Assembly (NCBI GenBank): GCA_012729505.1
Contig: JAAYDA010000072.1
Location: 76,162 to 140,161 of the forward strand
Length of the DNA stretch: 64,000 bases
DNA from: Syntrophomonadaceae bacterium
GTDB lineage: Bacteria; Bacillota; Syntrophomonadia; Syntrophomonadales; DTU052
Direction: 5' to 3'
Position numbers and translations under genes: made by a program. Positions 52,981-63,091 of this stretch are shown piece by piece (position 1 is the first letter of the stretch; every line of letters begins with the position of its first letter). The notes under the pieces were generated by a model. That model saw nothing but the letters and a program-made list of their open reading frames with translations. It did no database searches and had not been told where the DNA came from.

Positions 52981-54324
52981 TTATTCCGCTTTTAAAACTA
53001 CATCCTTTATCCCGTTTACCACCTCCTGCAGCAAAAATTCATCGGGCCCCTGAGCCATAATCCGAATTTTAGGCTCGGTGCCTGAAGGCCGTACCAGGAC
53101 TTTGCCATTCTCCCCCAGTCTTTTTTCAGCCTCCGCTATGGCCTGAACGATTTCCATATTATTAAGAATAGAACCCTTGTTTTTAATGTCAACGTTAATT
53201 AATACCTGTGGATGCTTTTCCATTTCCCGGGCCAGGGCCGACAGAGGCATACCCGTCTCCCGTATAACCTCCGCTAATTTAAGAGAAGAAAGCAATCCAT
53301 CTCCGGTAGTGGCATGATCCAGAAAAATAATGTGTCCCGACTGTTCTCCGCCAATCCGGGCGCCGCTCTCCTGCATTTTCTCCAGCACATACCGGTCCCC
53401 CACCTGAGTGGACAAAACCTCTACATTTTCCCGGCGGAAGGCGATATTCAGGCCAATATTGCTCATAACCGTGACAACTATTTTAGGTGGTCTCAAGCGC
53501 CCATTGCGGTGCATATGCAGTCCGCATACCGTCATTAATTGATCACCATCAATAATATTACCCCTCTCATCCACCGCAATCAACCGGTCGGCATCTCCAT
53601 CGTAGGCTATCCCCAAGTCGGCATGACATTCCAATACCGCTTTTCGCAGGGAACCAGGGTGAGTAGATCCACAACGCTCATTTATATTCAAGCCGGTGGG
53701 CTGGTTATGGATTGGAATTACCCGGGCCCCCATTTCCTCCCACATCCGCACCGCTACCTGGTAGGCCGCACCATTGGCACAATCCACGACTACCGCCAAA
53801 CCACATAAATCACTTTCCCCTCGATAGCATCTTATAAGATAATCCAGGTAATTCTGCTCCGCATCCCGGAGATCGTACACCCGGCCAATATCTGCCCCAT
53901 AGGGTCGGGCTATATCAACATCCCCGCTAATAACCAGCTTCTCAATTTCTTCTTCAGTCTCATCCGGCAGTTTAAACCCAAAAGGTCCAAAAAATTTGAG
54001 GCCATTATACTCAGTCGGGTTGTGTGAAGCCGAAATCACAATACCACAGGAAGCTTGATACTTCTGGGTCAGATAGGCCACTCCCGGAGTCGGAATCACG
54101 CCCGCCTTCAAAACATCCGCTCCTACCGAACAAATCCCCGCCACCAGTGCCGACTCCAACAAATCTCCCGACACCCGGGTGTCCCTGCCCACCAGAATCT
54201 GAGGACGTTGGCTTTCCCTGGAAAGCACATGGCTTCCTGCCCGCCCCAGTTGAAAAGCCATTTCCGGAGTCAGCTCCTGATTAGCTAGTCCCCGAACGCC
54301 ATCGGTACCAAATAATTTGCTCAC
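52981..54324 (-). CDS. glmM: Phosphoglucosamine mutase
   Basis: 447-aa ORF starting MSKLFGTDGVRG, with SASHNP (the phosphoserine loop) and GDGDADR motifs. Confidence 0.92.
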   Translation of the reverse strand: MSKLFGTDGVRGLANQELTPEMAFQLGRAGSHVLSRESQRPQILVGRDTRVSGDLLESALVAGICSVGADVLKAGVIPTPGVAYLTQKYQASCGIVISASHNPTEYNGLKFFGPFGFKLPDETEEEIEKLVISGDVDIARPYGADIGRVYDLRDAEQNYLDYLIRCYRGESDLCGLAVVVDCANGAAYQVAVRMWEEMGARVIPIHNQPTGLNINERCGSTHPGSLRKAVLECHADLGIAYDGDADRLIAVDERGNIIDGDQLMTVCGLHMHRNGRLRPPKIVVTVMSNIGLNIAFRRENVEVLSTQVGDRYVLEKMQESGARIGGEQSGHIIFLDHATTGDGLLSSLKLAEVIRETGMPLSALAREMEKHPQVLINVDIKNKGSILNNMEIVQAIAEAEKRLGENGKVLVRPSGTEPKIRIMAQGPDEFLLQEVVNGIKDVVLKAE

Positions 54325-54413
54325 CTGAATGTCCTCCCTTATCCAACTCTGTAATATTAATTATTTGAATATAAGCAAATCCCGGCATCAATGAAACCTG
54401 GTCAGACCATATA

Positions 54414-55331
54414 TTAATCTTCTTCTGCCGGTACAGGTATTTCTCTGATTTCGACCAAACAGGTGACCTTATTGGGAACAGCTTCGATCCCGGAAAGTGC
54501 TGTCAAATCCACTTCCTGCTGAAAGGACTTATCCTTTCCCATAATGTCCAAAGGTTTGGTCTGAACTTCGGTAATCCCCTTTACCGCTTGGGTCTTGCCC
54601 AATAAAGTTACTTTCTGAGGTTCCACCGTCACTTTGACCACCTCATATCCTTCCGCAGGCGCTCCGGTCACTATGGGAGTAACGGCAGCCTCGCCAAATC
54701 CCCGTAGTTCCTGGGTGACCACATAAGCCTGGACATATGCAGGCATCACCTCAACCTCAGTCAGGGCCAATCCGTTTCTGTCCACGGCCATAACCTTGCT
54801 TCTAATGGCAGATGTGCCTTGGGCAGAGCTTAAATCCAAACGGATTACCAGATCATCGACCCGATCAATTCCCTCCCGATCCCCTCTGACAACGCAACTG
54901 GCCGGAGAAATTTCCACTGCAGCCACTTGGAACCCTGATGAGGGAGGCTTTTCCACTTCGTAGGATACCGGGAATACTATTTCCTTATTCTCCGTTATCT
55001 CCACCAAGACTTCCTCCGGAGAAATGGTCAGAACGCGAGTTCCTTGCATTGGTTTTACTTCGACTTCAACCTGATGAGTCCCGGCACCTTTGTCTTTTAA
55101 ATCAACATATGCATCTATTTCCTCAGCGGTGCGAGGAGTTCCTACTATACCAACCCGCACTGTCTCAGAATACGCAACAACCAACCCCGAACTTACATTA
55201 ACAGCCTCCAGTTTAACCCCTGAGACCATCTGTTGTTTCAGGATAACACTCTCATTGGTAACGAAGACCCACAATAAAACTGCCATCAAAACCGAGATTG
55301 CTTTTAAATGCCAGGTTCCTCCTTTAGCCAT
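54414..55331 (-). CDS. cdaR: YbbR-domain protein CdaR (regulator of the diadenylate cyclase)
   Basis: The frame 54414-55445 is trimmed to ATG at 55331 (MAKGGTWHLKAISVLMAVLLWVF...), overlapping the cdaA stop codon by 8 nt. It has an N-terminal TM segment and repeated YbbR-like beta modules. Its position between cdaA and glmM is canonical. Confidence 0.8.
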   Translation of the reverse strand: MAKGGTWHLKAISVLMAVLLWVFVTNESVILKQQMVSGVKLEAVNVSSGLVVAYSETVRVGIVGTPRTAEEIDAYVDLKDKGAGTHQVEVEVKPMQGTRVLTISPEEVLVEITENKEIVFPVSYEVEKPPSSGFQVAAVEISPASCVVRGDREGIDRVDDLVIRLDLSSAQGTSAIRSKVMAVDRNGLALTEVEVMPAYVQAYVVTQELRGFGEAAVTPIVTGAPAEGYEVVKVTVEPQKVTLLGKTQAVKGITEVQTKPLDIMGKDKSFQQEVDLTALSGIEAVPNKVTCLVEIREIPVPAEED

Positions 55332-56157
55332 TTTCTTCCCCTCGCTTTCGCCAGATAGTTTTCTTGCGGGGGTCAGCATTGACCATCTCCCGGTCCAGCA
55401 ACTCCCTGAGACCGGACTCATCCAAAGGCCTGATAATCTTGCCATCCTTGGCCAGAGATATCTCTCCAGTCTCCTCTGACACTACTATCACCAGGGCATC
55501 ACTAACTTCGGTTATTCCAATGGCCGCCCGATGACGGGTGCCCAATTGTTTGCTGATATTGGGATTATCACTGAGAGGCAGGAAAGCTGCTGCCCGCTGA
55601 ATCCGGCCATCTTTGATGATTACCGCTCCATCATGCAAGGGAGTATTAGGGGTAAAAATACTCATCAGCAAATCAGAAGAGATATTGGAATCCAGAGGCA
55701 CTCCAACGTTGGAATACTCCTCTATCCCCGTTTCTTTTAACCAGACTATTAAAGCTCCGGTTCGATGAGTACCCAGATTAATAACCGCCTTGATAACTTC
55801 TTCTATTGAGCTGGTTTTCTCAGTAGTTTTTTCCACCAAACGAACCGGAAAAAGACTTCCCCTCCCTAGCTGCTCCAGGGCCCGGCGCAATTCCGGCTGA
55901 AATACGATAGGAAGGGCAATAAAAATCCCGGTCCACAGTTTGTTTATGAGCCAATTAACCGCACTAAACCCCATCCATCGAGAAATCGCGGAGAAAACCA
56001 GCAGAACAATTACCCCTTTTAAGAGCTGCTCCGCCCGGGTGTTCCTGATTAGCAAAAGCAAGCGATAACATACATAGGAAACAATTAAAATGTCTGCAAG
56101 GTTGATCAGTAATTTAGTTGGGTCAGAGGCCAGTGCCCCTAATACTTCTAAATTCAC
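55324..56157 (-). CDS. cdaA: Diadenylate cyclase CdaA (three TM segments plus a DAC domain)
   Basis: 277-aa ORF with DGAVII, GTRHRAA and VVSEETG motifs of the DisA_N/DAC domain. Confidence 0.9.
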   Translation of the reverse strand: MNLEVLGALASDPTKLLINLADILIVSYVCYRLLLLIRNTRAEQLLKGVIVLLVFSAISRWMGFSAVNWLINKLWTGIFIALPIVFQPELRRALEQLGRGSLFPVRLVEKTTEKTSSIEEVIKAVINLGTHRTGALIVWLKETGIEEYSNVGVPLDSNISSDLLMSIFTPNTPLHDGAVIIKDGRIQRAAAFLPLSDNPNISKQLGTRHRAAIGITEVSDALVIVVSEETGEISLAKDGKIIRPLDESGLRELLDREMVNADPRKKTIWRKRGEENG

Positions 56158-56176
56158 AAGTCATTCCTCAACAGTC

Positions 56177-56746
56177 CTATAATTTTTCTCTTGAAAACCC
56201 GTAGACCCCCAGCTCTTCAGCTAATGCCCAGTACTTGTGGGTCCCATATCCCAAGGGCTTTGCCCGGCTCATATCAAGACGACCCTTATCATTCAATACC
56301 TCTTCATCAATGTGGTTGGCTACGATTTCCGCCAGGAAAAGATCATGGGATGCCAATTTTATTATCTGTTTTACTTCACATTCGACATTTACCGGACACT
56401 CCTTGATTAAAGGGGCATTAACCAAGCTGGCCGGTATCGGGGTCAGTCCGGTCTTTTTAAACTTATCCACCTCACGTCCCGAAACCATCCCGCAATAATC
56501 AACCGCTTCCACCTGGTCCGTAGTGGGTATATTAATTACAAAATGGCCGGATTTGCTTATTAGCTTATGGGAATAGCGATCTGGTCTGACCGAAATACTC
56601 ACCATGGGAGGTACTGAACATACCGTACCGGTCCAGGCAATAGTAATGATGTTAAAATTGCCTGCCTCATCCTGACATGTGACCATAACTGCCGGTACCG
56701 GGTACAGAATCGTGGCAGGTTTCTTCTCCACCTTCATACGGCCCAC
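56177..56746 (-). CDS. Flavin reductase-like (FMN-binding split-barrel) protein
   Basis: 189-aa ORF. The pattern ...NIITIAWTGTVCSVPPMVSISVRP... is typical of the flavin reductase-like domain. Confidence 0.7.
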   Translation of the reverse strand: MGRMKVEKKPATILYPVPAVMVTCQDEAGNFNIITIAWTGTVCSVPPMVSISVRPDRYSHKLISKSGHFVINIPTTDQVEAVDYCGMVSGREVDKFKKTGLTPIPASLVNAPLIKECPVNVECEVKQIIKLASHDLFLAEIVANHIDEEVLNDKGRLDMSRAKPLGYGTHKYWALAEELGVYGFSREKL

Positions 56747-56853
56747 CCTCCAATCTAAAAAATGCCCCGGGGATATAACCTTTTTTCCCCGGGGAAGAGT
56801 TTAATCTAGTATATTACATTTTGGCTTATCCAAGCTAAAATGTATCCAAGAAA

Positions 56854-58407
56854 TTATTTGCTCATTGCCTGATACTCCTGAATCCTTTTAACTTCGGTCA
56901 TTTCACGAATAGTTTCCACTGCCCCCAACAGCAATCCATTATGGTCATACAAAGGTACTGCTTTACACCAGATCTGGTGTTTTTCGCCTCTCAAGACCGG
57001 TGCTTCCACTAAGGCCGTTAATACATAGTGTTCCTGTTTTATTCTGGTATAATCCCGCTCAATATCCTCCGGCCGCAAAACCTGATCGATCACAATCGGC
57101 CTTCTCTTACCATAGAAAGGCAGCGAATACTCATAATTGCCTTTACCTATCATTTTCTCCGCCGGGACTCCGGTAAGTTCTTCCATGGCATTATTCCAAA
57201 TAAATACTTTGCCATTAGTATCTATGGCCATTAACGCATCCGGCAAATACTCCAGCAAATCCGCCATCATCTGTTGAGACTCTCTGATGGAGGTTTCCTC
57301 CAGCTTGCGAGCCGTAATATCCCGGGCGATTCCCTGAATGGCTATGGGCTCCAGATTCCTGTATATGAGCCAGGTGCTTACTTCCAGAAACCCTCTGTCG
57401 CCATGTTTAGTTTCTATCTCAACTTCGTAGCTGATGGGCCGGTGCTTGCCTTTTTTTTGCTGTGCCATCCGGCGCCCCAGTTCTTTGTACCGATAATGAG
57501 TATTCTTGCTATCCTCGGCAATCAGCTCGCTAATGTTCATATCTAGAAGCTCTTCCTGCCAATAGCCGGTGATTTTCTCCGCCATTTTATTAACCCGAAT
57601 AAAGTTTCCATCCAGATCATGAACATAAATCATATCACCGGAATTCTCAAACAGATCCAGATACCGCTCCGAGCTTTCCCGCAGCCGGCGCTGAGTCTCC
57701 TTGGACTCCGTAATATCCCGAACCACTACCAGCAAGTGTTCTCTTTCTTCAAAGTAGGTACTGATAGTCTTTAGCTCAATCCAGAATTTTCTTCCTGACT
57801 TGTCCCGGGTCAGCCATTCTGCTACTTGAGGCTCGGGATTGTTGGAGGCCACCTTTTTTATCCAATGAGCAACATTCTCTTTCGTAAATGGAGGTTCTTC
57901 GGCACTTAAATCCCCTAATTGAATTTGGAGAATCTCGGAAAGGTCGTAGCCAAACATCTGGGAGGCTTGTCGATTGGCATCAACGATACTGTTAGAATTC
58001 ACATCAAACACAAACAAGGCGTCGTTTACTTCCTCAAACATAGCCCGATAGGCCGATTTTGAGGTCCTCATTTCATCTCTGATCCGTGGAGTTTCTTGAA
58101 TTATAGAAATGAATCCTCCCTGAGCCGGATAAATATTTTCCCTAAAGATCCGTCCCCCGGATTCGAATTCGATACACTTGGGCTGCATAGTTTCTAATAC
58201 CTGTAAGTATCCCGAATAAGAAGGAGTTCCTACCTTGTCGGGAAACAGCTCCAGTAATTTGCGTCCTTCCAATTCAGCGACCGAACGATCTGCCATGTCA
58301 GCATAAGCTTCATTGACATAACTGATTTTCCATTCTTTGTTAAGGGAAATCACGGGCACCCCGATGTTATCCAATAGAGCGCGGTAGTTCACCCTGCTCT
58401 TAAACAT
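56854..58407 (-). CDS. Multi-PAS protein (about 4 PAS/PAC modules) with no recognisable output domain
   Basis: The frame 56854-58485 is trimmed to ATG at 58407, after a GGGGGG run. The first 26 codons of the track ORF lie inside repeat copy d. PAS-like blocks are repeated (e.g. ISYVNEAY..., IVDANRQASQMFGY..., FIRVNKMAEKITGY..., FIWNNAMEELTG...). Confidence 0.75.
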   Translation of the reverse strand: MFKSRVNYRALLDNIGVPVISLNKEWKISYVNEAYADMADRSVAELEGRKLLELFPDKVGTPSYSGYLQVLETMQPKCIEFESGGRIFRENIYPAQGGFISIIQETPRIRDEMRTSKSAYRAMFEEVNDALFVFDVNSNSIVDANRQASQMFGYDLSEILQIQLGDLSAEEPPFTKENVAHWIKKVASNNPEPQVAEWLTRDKSGRKFWIELKTISTYFEEREHLLVVVRDITESKETQRRLRESSERYLDLFENSGDMIYVHDLDGNFIRVNKMAEKITGYWQEELLDMNISELIAEDSKNTHYRYKELGRRMAQQKKGKHRPISYEVEIETKHGDRGFLEVSTWLIYRNLEPIAIQGIARDITARKLEETSIRESQQMMADLLEYLPDALMAIDTNGKVFIWNNAMEELTGVPAEKMIGKGNYEYSLPFYGKRRPIVIDQVLRPEDIERDYTRIKQEHYVLTALVEAPVLRGEKHQIWCKAVPLYDHNGLLLGAVETIREMTEVKRIQEYQAMSK

Positions 58408-58446
58408 AGAACCCCCCCTTTTTAAAGGAACCCGATCTGAAAGAAG

Positions 58447-58580
58447 ATAAAGTAAGACTTGATTCAGGTGGAGTTTTGACTCCATCTGAATCTTAGTCGC
58501 ACGGATCCAGGGACTTAACTGCCTTTGGGCACCCGCCGCCTATAGAGCGGGGGTCTTAGGGCAGATTAGTCATCGGATCA
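58447..58580 (-). repeat. Dispersed structured intergenic repeat, copy d (consensus orientation on the minus strand)
   Basis: The reverse complement is near-identical to copies a and c. It lies between the cimA stop codon and the multi-PAS gene start. Confidence 0.85.
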
Positions 58581-58665
58581 ATTTGTTCTCCGCTAATAAC
58601 CCATATAGAATACTATTCTGCCAATGCTTGCTTGTTCCTCCAAAAAGACGTGAAGTTTTTCCTGG

Positions 58666-60243
58666 TTACTGTTTTTTTCTTTCCTGCTCCTCTTTCATGA
58701 GCAGATAATTGAGGCTGTCAACCAGGGCCTGCCAGCTGGCTTCAATAATGTTCTCCGACACCCCTACGGTGCTCCACTTGTCGGTTCCACTGGTGGATTC
58801 GCTCAATACTCTAACCCGGGCCGATGTGCCCGCCGTTCCATCCAGAACTCGAACTTTATAATCACTGAGATGCATCCGGTCAACACCGGGATAAAAATCC
58901 AGCAGTGCTTTGCGTAAAGCGTTGTCTACTGCATTAACCGGGCCATCTCCCTCAGCTGCGGTATGGACCATCTGATCATTAACCCGCAGTTTAATTATCG
59001 CCTCTGAAGTAATACCGTTATTCTCGCGTTTCTCTACGATTATTTTTAAATTATCCAAGTGGAAAAAGTCATGATGCCGGCCAAATGCTTTATTAAGCAA
59101 TAGCTCCAGGGATGCCTCCGCCCCTTCAAATTGAAATCCCTCATTTTCCAGCTCTTTGATTTCTTTAATTATCTGACGACTGGTGGCATCATACATGTTC
59201 ACATCCAGATCTAATTCACGAGCTTTGTAGAGCAGATTGGAAACCCCGGATAATTCCGACACCAGTACCCGGCGATGATTTCCAACTAACTCCGGTGAAA
59301 TATGTTCATAAGTCAAAGAGTTCTTCAACAGTGCGCTGACATGAATTCCCCCTTTGTGAGCAAAAGCAGCGTGTCCTACATAGGGCTGGTTGTTGGCGTG
59401 AGGAAGATTGGCAACCTCGCTTATATAGCGGGATGTCTCTGTAATACGCTTCAACCTTCCCGGCGGCAGGCAGACGGCTTTCATCTTTAATTCCAGATTA
59501 GGAATTATCACTGCCAGATCCGCATTGCCACAGCGTTCTCCATAGCCGTTCATAGTGCCCTGGACCTGGGTACAGCCACAGTGAATAGCTGCCATGCTGT
59601 TGGCTACAGCACATCCCCCATCATTATGAACATGGATACCCAAGGGAATTCCTATAACTTCACGAGTCTTGAGAATTATTGCTTCGATTTCCCAAGTCAT
59701 GCAGCCCCCATTGGTATCACATAATATTATCCAGTCGGCCCCGGCCTCCTGGGCCGCCAGACACACCTGAAGTGCATATTCCTCGTTGTTTTTGAATCCG
59801 TCGAAGTAGTGCTCGGCATCGAACACTACTTCTAAGTTCCGCTCTTTCAGATATCTTATCGTATCTTGAACCATAGCGATGTTCTCTTCCAGAGTGGTCT
59901 CCAATGCTTTTAACACATGAAAATCCCAAGTTTTACCCACAATAGTAGCCACCGGAGCACCACTGTCGATGAGAGCCTTGACATTAGCATCTTCATTGAC
60001 ACGAACACCTGGCTTGCGGGTACTGCCAAAAGCCGACACTTTGGCAAACTCTAGGTTCAGTTCCCCTACTCTGCGGAAGAATTCTATATCCTTGGGGTTA
60101 CTGCCCGGCCAGCCACCTTCAATATATGATATCCCCAACTTATCCAGTCGCCGGGCAATTTTTAATTTGTCGTCTACAGAAAGAGACATGCCCTCCCCCT
60201 GAGTGCCATCTCTTAAAGTTGTATCATAGATGTGAACGATCAA
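58666..60243 (-). CDS. cimA: Citramalate synthase (LeuA-family, CimA type)
   Basis: 525-aa ORF starting MIVHIYDTTLRDGTQGEGMSLSVDDKLKIARRLDKLGISYIEGGWPGSNPKD, which is the CimA-type N-terminus. It has a C-terminal LeuA-dimer regulatory domain. Confidence 0.75.
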   Translation of the reverse strand: MIVHIYDTTLRDGTQGEGMSLSVDDKLKIARRLDKLGISYIEGGWPGSNPKDIEFFRRVGELNLEFAKVSAFGSTRKPGVRVNEDANVKALIDSGAPVATIVGKTWDFHVLKALETTLEENIAMVQDTIRYLKERNLEVVFDAEHYFDGFKNNEEYALQVCLAAQEAGADWIILCDTNGGCMTWEIEAIILKTREVIGIPLGIHVHNDGGCAVANSMAAIHCGCTQVQGTMNGYGERCGNADLAVIIPNLELKMKAVCLPPGRLKRITETSRYISEVANLPHANNQPYVGHAAFAHKGGIHVSALLKNSLTYEHISPELVGNHRRVLVSELSGVSNLLYKARELDLDVNMYDATSRQIIKEIKELENEGFQFEGAEASLELLLNKAFGRHHDFFHLDNLKIIVEKRENNGITSEAIIKLRVNDQMVHTAAEGDGPVNAVDNALRKALLDFYPGVDRMHLSDYKVRVLDGTAGTSARVRVLSESTSGTDKWSTVGVSENIIEASWQALVDSLNYLLMKEEQERKKQ

Positions 60244-60260
60244 CTTCTTATCCCCAATAG

Positions 60261-61337
60261 TTATTTCCCCTCTCCGATTTTTCTAGCCACCAGATCTCCC
60301 ATCTCTTCGGTGTTTACCAGCTTATCTCCCTGTTTGTACAGATCAGGAGTCCGGTAACCTTCCGCGAGAACCTGGCGAACTGCCTGCTCCACATCCCGAG
60401 CCTCCTGGTCCAGATCAAAAGAATAATCCATCATCATGGCAGCTGAAAGAATAGTCGCCAGAGGATTTGCCTTCTTCTGACCCGCAATATCAGGCGCCGA
60501 TCCATGGGAAGGCTCATACATGCCGACGGTTCCGCCAATGGATGCTGAAGGCAGCATACCTATGGAACCGGTCAGCATAGAAGCTTCATCAGTCAAAATG
60601 TCTCCAAACAAGTTCTCGGTCACAATTACGTCAAACTGCCGGGGATTACGGACCAGCTGCATGGCACAGTTGTCAACATACATATGTTCAAGCTCCACAT
60701 CCGGATATTCTTTACCCAGGCGGGATACTACATCTCTCCACAAACGTGAGGTCTCCAAAACATTAGCCTTGTCCACCGATGTCAGGTGTTTGCGCCTTTT
60801 ACGGGCCCTCTCAAAGGCCAGACGGCAAATTCTCTCGATTTCCACAGTAGAGTATTCACAAAGATCTGAGGCCACCTCACCCTGTTCGTTGACAAATCTT
60901 TTCTTCTCTCCGAAATACAGCCCGCCGGTCAATTCCCGTACCACCAGGATGTCAACCCCTTCGATGATTTCCTTTTTAAGGCTGGATGCATCAATCAGAT
61001 CCGGAAATAAAAAGGCCGGACGAAGATTTCCATATAACCCTAGTTTTTTGCGCAGCGGTAGCAAAGCTCCCACCTCAGGGCGAAGCTCCACCGCAATATT
61101 TTCCCATTTGGGTCCGCCGATAGCTCCTAATAAAACCGCCTGACTCTCCAGACAAAGGCTGAGAGTCTCGTCGGGGAGCGGTACCCCCACAGCATCGATA
61201 GCCGCCCCGCCTATCAGGGCATCCTGAAAATCAAAAGAATGACCATATTTTTTACCTATTGCCTCCAGAGTTTTGATGGCTTCAGGTACGATCTCCACCC
61301 CAATTCCATCGCCTGGCAAAACTGCGATTTTATACAA
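60261..61337 (-). CDS. leuB: 3-isopropylmalate dehydrogenase
   Basis: 358-aa ORF starting [13 protein letters not shown], with [25 protein letters not shown]. Confidence 0.92.
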   Translation of the reverse strand: MYKIAVLPGDGIGVEIVPEAIKTLEAIGKKYGHSFDFQDALIGGAAIDAVGVPLPDETLSLCLESQAVLLGAIGGPKWENIAVELRPEVGALLPLRKKLGLYGNLRPAFLFPDLIDASSLKKEIIEGVDILVVRELTGGLYFGEKKRFVNEQGEVASDLCEYSTVEIERICRLAFERARKRRKHLTSVDKANVLETSRLWRDVVSRLGKEYPDVELEHMYVDNCAMQLVRNPRQFDVIVTENLFGDILTDEASMLTGSIGMLPSASIGGTVGMYEPSHGSAPDIAGQKKANPLATILSAAMMMDYSFDLDQEARDVEQAVRQVLAEGYRTPDLYKQGDKLVNTEEMGDLVARKIGEGK

Positions 61338-61829
61338 TTATTTCACCTTCTCCCTGACATATTCGATTAATCCGCCTTTGTCCATAATTCCTTGCATAAA
61401 ATCCGGAAAAGGCTGGGCCTGATAAGTCTTTCCGGTAGAATTATTCTTAATTTCTCCTTTGATCAAATTTACTTCCAGCCGGTCGCCGGTCTGAATCTCA
61501 TCTATACAGTCAGGACATTCCAGGATAGGAAGTCCGATATTGACTGAATTTCTATAGAAGATTCGAGCAAATGAACGGGCAATAACCAAAGAAACCCCGG
61601 CTGCTTTAATGGCTATGGGAGCATGCTCACGTGAGCTTCCACACCCGAAGTTTTTATCGGCCACGATAATGTCGCCCTGCTGAACCACCGAGGGGAAATT
61701 CGGGTCTGCGTCCTCCATACAATGGCGGGCCAGCTCCTGAGGATCGCTGGTATTCAGATAACGTGCCGGAATGATGGCATCAGTATCAATATCTGAACCA
61801 AATTTATAAACCTTGCCGACAAAATTCAT
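61338..61829 (-). CDS. leuD: 3-isopropylmalate dehydratase small subunit
   Basis: 163-aa ORF with GSSREHAP (in [16 protein letters not shown]) and an archaeal-type short LeuD layout. Confidence 0.9.
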   Translation of the reverse strand: MNFVGKVYKFGSDIDTDAIIPARYLNTSDPQELARHCMEDADPNFPSVVQQGDIIVADKNFGCGSSREHAPIAIKAAGVSLVIARSFARIFYRNSVNIGLPILECPDCIDEIQTGDRLEVNLIKGEIKNNSTGKTYQAQPFPDFMQGIMDKGGLIEYVREKVK

Positions 61830-63091
61830 TACGCCACCTCCCAGGGAGGAGTTATTTTTCCGGTAATAGCTGAAGCTGCTGCCACCGCAGGTGAAGAAAG
61901 ATAGACCTCACTGGCCGGGTCGCCCATACGCCCCTTAAAATTGCGATTAGTAGTAGCCAGTGCCCGCTCTCCCTTGGCCAGGATTCCCATGTGTCCTCCC
62001 AGACAAGGCCCGCAGGTGGGAGTGCTGACTGCGGCGCCCGCCTCGATCATAGCTTCAATATATCCTTTTCTCAGGGCCTCCAAATAAATTTCCTGAGTCC
62101 CCGGGAACACTATCAGCCGAATCTCCGGGTGGACCTTCTTCCCTTTAATAATTCCTGCCGCTATTGCCAGGTCTTCAATGCGGCCATTAGTACAGCTGCC
62201 GATAACCACCTGGTCAATAGAAGTGCCTGCCACCTCGCTGACCTTTTTAGTGTTTTCCGGCAGATGAGGCAAAGCAACGATGGGCTCCATGTTGGTTACA
62301 TCATATTCCCGAATCTGGCTGTAAACCGCATCAGGGTCACTGGCATATACCTTATAAGGACGCTTGTTCCGTCCCTGAACATAATCAAGGGTTATTCTGT
62401 CCGGGGCAATAATTCCGTTTTTCCCGCCTGCTTCGATGGCCATATTGGCCATAGTGAAGCGGTTATCGATGGAAAGGGTGTCAATCACCGGTCCGGTAAA
62501 CTCCATCGCCATATAACGGGCGCCATCCACTCCAATATCACCTATTACCCGGAGTATCAAGTCTTTGCCGCCTACCCAGGGGGGCAGCTCCCCATAGAAT
62601 ACGAATTTAATCGTTTCCGGCACTTTGAACCAAGCCTCACCGGTAGCCATAGCCGCTGCCATATCAGTAGAGCCTACCCCGGTGGAAAAGGCGCCCAAGG
62701 CCCCATAAGTACAGGTATGGCTATCTGCGCCGATGACTAAGTCGCCGGGCAGCACTAATCCTTCCTGTGGCAAGAGACAGTGCTCAATACCCATCCGGCC
62801 AATCTCGAAATAATTTACAATACCGTGTTTCCGCGAAAAATCACGAATCCGCTTGGTTTGCTCCGCCGATTTTATATCCTTATTAGGAGCAAAGTGATCC
62901 GGTACGATGACTACGCGATTGGGGTCAAACACCTGGTCCATATTTAATTTTTCGAACTCCTCGATAGCTACCGGGGCCGTAATGTCATTACCCAATACTA
63001 CGTCAACTTTACAGTTTAACAATTCACCCGGCCGCACTTCTTGTCTGTCTGCATGGGCCGCCAGAATTTTTTCAGTTATTGTCATTCCCAT
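61829..63091 (-). CDS. leuC: 3-isopropylmalate dehydratase large subunit
   Basis: The frame is trimmed to ATG at 63091 ([13 protein letters not shown]...), after GGGAGGAG. It carries aconitase-family Cys ligands (GSCTNGR and the CGPCLG motif). Confidence 0.9.
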   Translation of the reverse strand: MGMTITEKILAAHADRQEVRPGELLNCKVDVVLGNDITAPVAIEEFEKLNMDQVFDPNRVVIVPDHFAPNKDIKSAEQTKRIRDFSRKHGIVNYFEIGRMGIEHCLLPQEGLVLPGDLVIGADSHTCTYGALGAFSTGVGSTDMAAAMATGEAWFKVPETIKFVFYGELPPWVGGKDLILRVIGDIGVDGARYMAMEFTGPVIDTLSIDNRFTMANMAIEAGGKNGIIAPDRITLDYVQGRNKRPYKVYASDPDAVYSQIREYDVTNMEPIVALPHLPENTKKVSEVAGTSIDQVVIGSCTNGRIEDLAIAAGIIKGKKVHPEIRLIVFPGTQEIYLEALRKGYIEAMIEAGAAVSTPTCGPCLGGHMGILAKGERALATTNRNFKGRMGDPASEVYLSSPAVAAASAITGKITPPWEVA

